This document shows positions 58,866-64,000 of a DNA stretch of 64,000 nucleotides, piece by piece; position 1 is the first letter of the stretch; each line of letters begins with the position of its first letter. A program made the position numbers and the translations under genes. The stretch comes from Armatimonas sp. (lineage in GTDB: Bacteria; Armatimonadota; Armatimonadia; Armatimonadales; Armatimonadaceae): assembly GCA_049840835.1 (NCBI GenBank), contig JASGJG010000001.1, positions 199,282 through 263,281 on the forward strand, written 5' to 3'. Under the pieces are notes generated by a model. It saw only the letters and a program-made list of their open reading frames with translations. It searched no databases and had not been told where the DNA came from.

Positions 58866-60174
58866 CTCTCGTTTCCTCTGGTTACTATCCCTGGGTGTAT
58901 TGCCGCTACTGGGAGCCTATGCGCTGCCGCCTCTAGGAACCCTGACCGCTCTCTGGAACCTTGCGCTGGCTACATTAGCCGTTATTGACTTCCTCCGCTG
59001 CCCGAAACCTATTGACGCACTGGAAGCAAGCCGCATAACCGACGACGTACTCTCTGTAGCTACTCAAAACGAAGTTGAGGTTCGGTTACGAAACTCCACA
59101 AACCATGCATTACGGGTTGTTTTACGCGATGAACCGCCGCCAGAGTTCGCTCTAACCGGAGTCCGGCAGAAAGAGTTGGCTCTAAAGCCGCGCGGAGAGT
59201 TTACGCTGACCTACTCGCTGACCCCACCTGCGCGGGGCAATTTTCGGTTCGGCGATATCTACGCCCGCATCGTAGGGCCATTGGGGCTAGTGATTCGGCA
59301 AGGGAAACTCAAAGATGGCGCGGCTCCGGTTGCAGTCTTTCCCAATATCAAGCAAATCGGAGAGTACGAGCTAAACCTGCGGCGCACCCAGCGGGCACGG
59401 ATGGGAGTGCGCCGCCTGCGCCTGACCGGTGGTGGGCGTGAGTTCAGCTCCCTGCGCGACTACACTCCCGATGATGAATTCCGGGTTATCGACTGGAAAG
59501 CGACCGCCCGGCGTGGCAAAGCCACAGCACGTACTTTTGAAGCCGAGCGTGCTCAAGATGTCCTGCTACTGATTGACAAAGGCCGACTCATGCGCCAGGA
59601 AATCGGCCACGTGCAGAAGCTGGATACCGTGATCAACGCCGCGATGCTGCTGGCCCACGTGGTGGTCAATGCCGACGATAGGATAGGTCTATTGCTTTTC
59701 GATGATGAAGCTCGGACCTGGGTACCCCCACATAAAGGCAAGTCACAGACCACGCACCTGCTGCATGCCCTGTACGCCACTCACGCCGACCCGGTAGAGT
59801 CCGACTATCGTGTGGCGTTTCGGCATCTGGCCGCCCGCTGGCGTAAGCGCAGCTTGATCGTGCTCTTTACCGACCTCGCCGACCCGGAGACCTCTGCCGT
59901 GCTGCTCTCAGAGATTGCGCATTTAAACCGAGCGCACTTGGTCTGCTGCGTGACCGTGCGTGACCCCTTGCTCTCCGAGCAGGCCCGCCAGTTCCCCAAC
60001 AAAATCGAGCATGTCTTTGAAAAAGCCGTAGCTTCAGAAACTCTGGCCGAGCGAAGAAAAACCCTGGCATTACTGGAGCGCCAGGGAGTGTTAGTGGTAG
60101 ATGCAGAGCCGAAAGAGCTTTCCGCCGAGCTGGTGGCCCGCTACCTCGCTGTGAAGCAGCAGGCTATGATTTAA
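58855..60174 (+). CDS. DUF58 domain protein
   Basis: N-terminal TM helices; signature GGREFSSLRDYTPDDEFRVIDWKATARRGK. Confidence 0.8.
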   Translation: MLVTSRFLWLLSLGVLPLLGAYALPPLGTLTALWNLALATLAVIDFLRCPKPIDALEASRITDDVLSVATQNEVEVRLRNSTNHALRVVLRDEPPPEFALTGVRQKELALKPRGEFTLTYSLTPPARGNFRFGDIYARIVGPLGLVIRQGKLKDGAAPVAVFPNIKQIGEYELNLRRTQRARMGVRRLRLTGGGREFSSLRDYTPDDEFRVIDWKATARRGKATARTFEAERAQDVLLLIDKGRLMRQEIGHVQKLDTVINAAMLLAHVVVNADDRIGLLLFDDEARTWVPPHKGKSQTTHLLHALYATHADPVESDYRVAFRHLAARWRKRSLIVLFTDLADPETSAVLLSEIAHLNRAHLVCCVTVRDPLLSEQARQFPNKIEHVFEKAVASETLAERRKTLALLERQGVLVVDAEPKELSAELVARYLAVKQQAMI

Positions 60175-60180
60175 GCTCAC

Positions 60181-60597
60181 TTATGAGTTTTTTTGTTGAG
60201 CAATCACATCGCGAAAAAGTACATAATGCATCATCTCGCCCAGGCTAAACACTATATGTGGTTTGGTCATATAATCCCCTGCTTCACCTGACAAAAAAGC
60301 TGCGGGTATATTCAGGGTGCCATCTTCTTTGAAATGTTGATTCAAATTCTCTGACTCTAATATCTCAGGTGGGTAATAAGAAACACAAAAGCGCATTTGC
60401 ATATCGTGATAGAGAAGCGGTGAGTCTACAATAGTTTTCTTGTCACAGATATTGCAATCGAAGATATTTATATTGCCCGAAAATAGCTTTTTCTTTAGCT
60501 CTGGATCAAGTGTGACGTTGATAGATTCCCATATAGTCATCTTTTGTTTCGAGCCGCAGTGAGGACACTGAAGTTCATGCTGTGCCATCTTAGACAT
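60181..60597 (-). CDS. CpXC-type zinc-ribbon protein, AT-rich gene
   Basis: 138 aa; CPHCG .. CNIC cysteine pairs; GC ~42% in a 60% GC genome. Confidence 0.5.
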   Translation of the reverse strand: MSKMAQHELQCPHCGSKQKMTIWESINVTLDPELKKKLFSGNINIFDCNICDKKTIVDSPLLYHDMQMRFCVSYYPPEILESENLNQHFKEDGTLNIPAAFLSGEAGDYMTKPHIVFSLGEMMHYVLFRDVIAQQKNS

Positions 60598-60668
60598 AAT
60601 TCGCTGCTACCTCCGATGTAAAGAACAGGTACTCGTTCGTCGTAGAAGATATTATTCCTGCCCAAAAA

Positions 60669-60699
60669 GAACCCTGGCGCTCTCTGAGCGCCAGGGAAT
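60669..60699 (-). terminator. Rho-independent terminator for the phospholipase gene
   Basis: ccctggcgctc-tctg-agcgccaggg hairpin, T-run on minus strand (aaaaag on plus at 60664..60669). Confidence 0.65.
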
Positions 60700-60718
60700 A
60701 CTGTGATATAGCTAGGGG

Positions 60719-61993
60719 CTAGTGCAGAGTGCGGGTGAGTTTACCCTTCTGAATCCAGTCGTTCAGGGTGAAGCGCTTCGTGGCGATATTCGGGCCGCTG
60801 ATCTCCACCCAGCCCAGATACCAGTCGGAGCCGGGGTAGGAATCATCGCTACGAATGGTTATGCTCTGAATCTCTCCGATTGCCGGGAAACCTTTGAGAG
60901 TAATGGTATCTGTCTGATTGCGCTCAAAGGCGTTTCCAGAGATAAGCGGGTTCAGGCGGACTTCATTGATTTTCCCAGTTGCTCCCTGAATCGCCAGGAA
61001 GATGTTGGAGTCGGTTCCAGCCAGGAATTTGTCTCCGGTGTATACCTTCACTGTGTAGTTCGTGGAACCGATATTGGCCCCGGCAAGCTGAGCCGTGGTC
61101 AGGGTGGTTATCTTCTGGCGGCTTGTAGGAATCGTGATCGGGCCTACCAGATTGGTGGCTCCATTCAGCACTTGCTGGAGAGCAATGCGTACCTTGCCGT
61201 AGTTCGCTTCATCGGCAGTGAAGCGTCCGGGAAAGAAAAGGTCCAGAGACGAGCTATACGCCCCTATCTGCGCACGAATCAAGCCCGTAAGCAAGCCCCG
61301 AGCCGGAGTTGAGTTATCCAGCGCAATCTGGTGGAAGTATTTCCCTTTGCGGTCATCCTTCCACCCGGAGTCTTGCTGTCCACTGGCAGGGCTATAAGAG
61401 GCGAAAGCGGCATTCGGAGTGCGTTTCAGCGAGGTCGTCAGAAAGCTTTTCGCATAGCCGATACCATCCTCCAGGCAGCGCAGCGCACAGACCGGATCGA
61501 ACGGTGGGCGGTCCGGCTGGTGTCCATCGGGGGCATGCCCGAAGGGAACGGAGTAGGGGCTAAAGTTCGTGGGGTGGCTGTTCTCATGGTGCCGGTGCGC
61601 CCAGGTGTCCTGCTGGTAGTGAAAGAACACGCCTAGGCGCTGGAGTTTTTTCTGCGGATCCTGCTCACTGATAGCCTGATTCCAGAGGACCTGTTTGCGC
61701 GCTAAGACTTCGGCTGCGGTGCCATTTTGCGGAATGGAGTGCCACAAATGTTCCTCGGCCACATTGGGAATGATTCCACCCACTCCGCCATTGGCGACCG
61801 TGCCAGAGGAATCGTCCATGCCCTGGTCATAGCTGGCGACTACCAGCGCTTCTGCGTCTGTGAAGCCAGCCATACGGCACTGAACATAGGTCATGGTGAA
61901 GTGGGTGTCTTCTTCGTAGGCATAGGCTGGAGCGCCTGCCAGCGCGCTCAGCAGAGCGATACCTCCGAGAATAGATAGGGTTTTGACTCTCAT
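60719..61993 (-). CDS. secreted zinc-dependent phospholipase C-like N-domain + C-terminal PLAT/LH2 domain (alpha-toxin-like architecture)
   Basis: signal peptide; His-rich Zn-site blocks (YEEDTHF, DTWAHRHHE); C-terminal beta-sandwich ..KVYTGDKFLAGTDSNIFLAIQG..DWYLGWVEISGP.. typical PLAT. Confidence 0.65.
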   Translation of the reverse strand: MRVKTLSILGGIALLSALAGAPAYAYEEDTHFTMTYVQCRMAGFTDAEALVVASYDQGMDDSSGTVANGGVGGIIPNVAEEHLWHSIPQNGTAAEVLARKQVLWNQAISEQDPQKKLQRLGVFFHYQQDTWAHRHHENSHPTNFSPYSVPFGHAPDGHQPDRPPFDPVCALRCLEDGIGYAKSFLTTSLKRTPNAAFASYSPASGQQDSGWKDDRKGKYFHQIALDNSTPARGLLTGLIRAQIGAYSSSLDLFFPGRFTADEANYGKVRIALQQVLNGATNLVGPITIPTSRQKITTLTTAQLAGANIGSTNYTVKVYTGDKFLAGTDSNIFLAIQGATGKINEVRLNPLISGNAFERNQTDTITLKGFPAIGEIQSITIRSDDSYPGSDWYLGWVEISGPNIATKRFTLNDWIQKGKLTRTLH

Positions 61994-62073
61994 GGGTGTG
62001 AATATTCCCTGGAGTGTTTAATCTTAAACATGTTTGAGCAAACTGGTTCTTTGTTGCGATATGGAACCAGACG

Positions 62074-62225
62074 CACATCGCGGCGTGGAGGAAATAGGAG
62101 ACTCGCCGGTTGCTCGAAAGAGCGGTTCCCCCTTTTCGCCCACTTGTCCGGAGTTCCGGGCCGACAGAGGAGGGTTATCTAGGGAGCCGGTGTCCAAAAG
62201 GACGTGCCTGGTGCGAATCCGGGTC
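62074..62225 (+). ncRNA. possible degenerate Y-RNA-like element
   Basis: contains the same conserved insert core ttgtccggagttccgggccg..ggttatc and a T-arm-like cctggtgcgaatccggg, ends partially complementary; no clear D-arm. Confidence 0.3.
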
Positions 62226-62252
62226 GCCGCGACTACTCTAAGAATTACATAT

Positions 62253-62375
62253 CGAGGCGTAGCTCAGTAGTAGAGCAATGGAATATCCTCTCGTCCTCTT
62301 GTCCGGTATCCGGGCCGCTTGAGTAGGGTTATCGTTAATCCATAGGTCGCAAGGTGCGAATCCTTGCCGCCTCGG
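62253..62375 (+). ncRNA. Y-RNA-like (YrlA-type) tRNA-like ncRNA 1
   Basis: acceptor-like pairing cgaggcg/cgcctcg, D-arm tagctcagtagtagagc, T-arm caagg-tgcgaat-ccttg, anticodon-arm position replaced by ~50-nt conserved insert cttgtccggtatccgggccg..ggttatcg; located upstream of Ro60 gene. Confidence 0.55.
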
Positions 62376-62498
62376 CAGTTAGTGTGTTTGAGAATCGGGC
62401 CGACGTTCACGGGTTACCGTCATTTTTGCAAGGGATCGCGGTATGCGAAATACAACCCTGCAGTTTCCTGTGGCAATCCTTGTCTGATTCTCTGTCTT

Positions 62499-62638
62499 GC
62501 GGGTGGGCCAAGCCACAGCGTCTCCAAAGCGCGGTGGGGCGGCAATTTTCCGTTTTGCGCTCTTTGCCTGGAGCCTCAAACTTCGGGCCGTAGCAAGAGG
62601 GTTATCTGGCAAATCTGGTTCGAATCCGACCACCCGCG
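62499..62638 (+). ncRNA. Y-RNA-like tRNA-like ncRNA 2 (more divergent)
   Basis: acceptor gcgggtg/cacccgc, T-loop ggttcgaatcc, same insert family tttgcctggagcc..ttcgggccg..gggttatc. Confidence 0.45.
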
Positions 62639-62745
62639 CTGGAATATACTTGGATATAGAGGGATGGGCCGATGTTTACCGTTATCGTTCCCTCGATGGA
62701 GCAGATGCTCCTTCGGTAGACAACCTTTGCCTATCCTGAACAAAT

Positions 62746-62879
62746 GGGAGCGTAGCTCAGTGGGTAGAGCGGGAAAAATTCCGTCTTCGTCCTTTGCCTG
62801 GAGGGTGACTTTCGGGCCGCAGAATGATGGTTATCGATTGTAACTCGCCAGGTCGAGGGTTCGAATCCCTCCGCTTCCA
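62746..62879 (+). ncRNA. Y-RNA-like tRNA-like ncRNA 3 (ends nearly identical to adjacent tRNA-Ile)
   Basis: 5' gggagcgtagctcagtgggtagagcg and 3' gtcgagggttcgaatccctccgcttcca match tRNA-Ile gene ends; insert tttgcctggagggtgactttcgggccg..ggttatcg in anticodon region. Confidence 0.55.
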
Positions 62880-62904
62880 TAGAAGATTTAGAGAATGGAA
62901 TATC

Positions 62905-63025
62905 AGGGGTGTAGCTCAGTGGTAGAGCACAAGGCAAACTCGTCGCGCTTACTTGTCCGGTATCCGGGCCGCCAGTGATGGTTATCGCAACCTTGCCGTC
63001 GTGGGTTCAAATCCCATTACCCCTG
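62905..63025 (+). ncRNA. Y-RNA-like tRNA-like ncRNA 4
   Basis: acceptor aggggtg/tacccct, D-arm tagctcagtggtagagc, T-arm gtggg-ttcaaat-cccat, insert ttgtccggtatccgggccg..ggttatcg. Confidence 0.55.
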
Positions 63026-63034
63026 AAAAAATTT

Positions 63035-63108
63035 AGAAGCGTAGCTCAGTTGGTCAGAGCACACCCCTGATAAGGGTGAGGTCGCGGGTTCGATTCCCTC
63101 CGCTTCTA
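63035..63108 (+). tRNA. tRNA-Ile (anticodon GAU)
   Basis: cloverleaf: acceptor agaagcg/cgcttct, D-arm gctcagttggtcagagc, anticodon stem cacccc/ggggtg loop cTGATAa, T-arm gcggg-ttcgatt-ccctc; no encoded CCA. Confidence 0.7.
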
Positions 63109-63128
63109 TTAAGACAAAAAGAATATCT

Positions 63129-63200
63129 AGAGGTGTGGCGCAATGGTAGCGCAGCGGATTCCAAATCCGACGGTTGTGGGTTCAAATCCTGTCACCTCTG
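63129..63200 (+). tRNA. tRNA-Trp (anticodon CCA)
   Basis: acceptor agaggtg/cacctct, D-arm gcgc-aatggta-gcgc, anticodon loop ttCCAaa, T-loop ttcaaat; T-stem uses G-U pairs. Confidence 0.6.
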
Positions 63201-63227
63201 TATCGATTAAAAAGGAGAAACACGACG

Positions 63228-64000
63228 ATGCGTTACTTGAAGAACACACTCAACCGAAAGGTGACCCCACAGAATCAGCCGATTCCGGGCTCGGCGCAGG
63301 TACCCAACTCCGCGGGTGGCTACAGCTTTGCCCTGGGAGACTGGGAGCGCCTGGAGCGCTTCCTGATTCTGGGGTCTGAGGGGGGCTCGTACTACGCCAC
63401 CGAGCGTGAACTGACACTTCAGAACGCAACGATTGTACAGAAGTGCGTGAAGGCAGATGGCGAGCGCTTGGTGAAGACCGTAGCCGCTATCTCAGATGCC
63501 GGGCGCGCTCCAAAGAACGATCCGGCTATCTTTGCACTGGCGATTGCTGCTGCCGAGGGCGATGAGAAGACGCGTAAGGCGGCTCTGGCTGCCCTGCCGA
63601 CGGTCTGCCGCACGGGCACGCACCTTTTCCACTTTGCGCAGTTCGTAGATGGCATGCGCGGCTGGGGCCGTGGTCTGCGCCGCGCCGTGGCCGACTGGTA
63701 CACGGACAAGGATACGGACGCGCTGGCCTACCAGGCAGTGAAGTACCAGCAGCGCGATGGCTGGAGCCACCGTGACCTGCTGCGTCTGGCCCACCCGAAG
63801 CCAGAGTCTGAGAGCCGCAAGGCGCTCTACCACTGGGTGACTCAGCACACGCTGACGGATCAGGCTCCGGCCATGGTGCATGCGTTCGAGAAGGCCAAGG
63901 TCAGCACGAATGCGAAGGAACTGGCAGCTCTGATTCGAGAGTCGAAGCTGCCACGTGAGGCGATTCCTACGCAGTTCTTGAATGAGCGCGTGGTGTGGGA
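63228..64000 (+). CDS. rsr: Ro60-kDa autoantigen ortholog (TROVE domain, Rsr), 3' end beyond window
   Basis: RBS aaaggag; MRYLKNTLNRKVTPQNQPIPGSAQVPNSAGGYSFALGDWERLERFLILGSEGGSYYATERELT matches conserved Ro60/Rsr N-terminus. Confidence 0.85.
   Translation, partial: MRYLKNTLNRKVTPQNQPIPGSAQVPNSAGGYSFALGDWERLERFLILGSEGGSYYATERELTLQNATIVQKCVKADGERLVKTVAAISDAGRAPKNDPAIFALAIAAAEGDEKTRKAALAALPTVCRTGTHLFHFAQFVDGMRGWGRGLRRAVADWYTDKDTDALAYQAVKYQQRDGWSHRDLLRLAHPKPESESRKALYHWVTQHTLTDQAPAMVHAFEKAKVSTNAKELAALIRESKLPREAIPTQFLNERVVW

Noticed and set aside
62253-63025. Interpretation as ordinary tRNA genes interrupted by introns
   Set aside because: Bacterial tRNA introns are group I (>200 nt), not ~50 nt. 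The inserts share a conserved core across different tRNA-like bodies, and the array abuts a Ro60 gene. That favours Y-RNA-like ncRNAs; residual uncertainty is stated in the finding.

Overview
High-GC (~60%) bacterial chromosomal segment, gene-dense. DUF1559 prepilin-like, DUF1501 and PSCyt/DUF1549/DUF1553 proteins point to a Planctomycetota/Verrucomicrobiota/Armatimonadota-type genome; this is inferred from family distribution only. Housekeeping genes are clear: partial fumC, an ABC exporter, dnaE, type II glutamine synthetase, NfeD-flotillin, SDR, GalU-like transferase, a GGDEF sensor, and AraC/MarR regulators. The stand-out feature is a ~7.8 kb minus-strand operon (14580..22402) built around a retron-type reverse transcriptase with NAxxH, QGxxxSP, YADD and VTG hallmarks and a long coiled-coil N-terminal extension. 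A long inverted-repeat structured element sits immediately upstream of the RT. Upstream of that lie a SWIM-zinc-finger+BRCT protein, a 266-aa unknown protein and a 1083-aa beta-propeller/alpha-helical-repeat protein. Further upstream are two tandem ~230-nt structured repeat units whose stems differ by compensatory changes, which makes them candidate ncRNAs. This looks like an unusual, retron type XIII-like multi-gene retron that is poorly described or undescribed. Other notable items follow. An AT-rich (~33% GC) horizontally acquired island right after dnaE encodes a 584-aa PD-(D/E)xK-motif protein, a candidate single-gene defence nuclease. Four tRNA-like elements, each carrying a conserved ~50-nt insertion, form a tandem array directly upstream of a Ro60/TROVE (rsr) gene, so they are most likely bacterial Y RNAs (YrlA-type). 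One looks derived from the adjacent tRNA-Ile, and a fifth, more degenerate copy may lie upstream. There are four tandem paralogous membrane-anchored coiled-coil genes. A duplicated secreted-protein gene pair has one copy pseudogenized. Three genes appear frameshifted. An alpha-toxin-like Zn phospholipase C with a PLAT domain sits next to an AT-rich CpXC zinc-ribbon gene. No CRISPR array, integrase or transposase was recognised.
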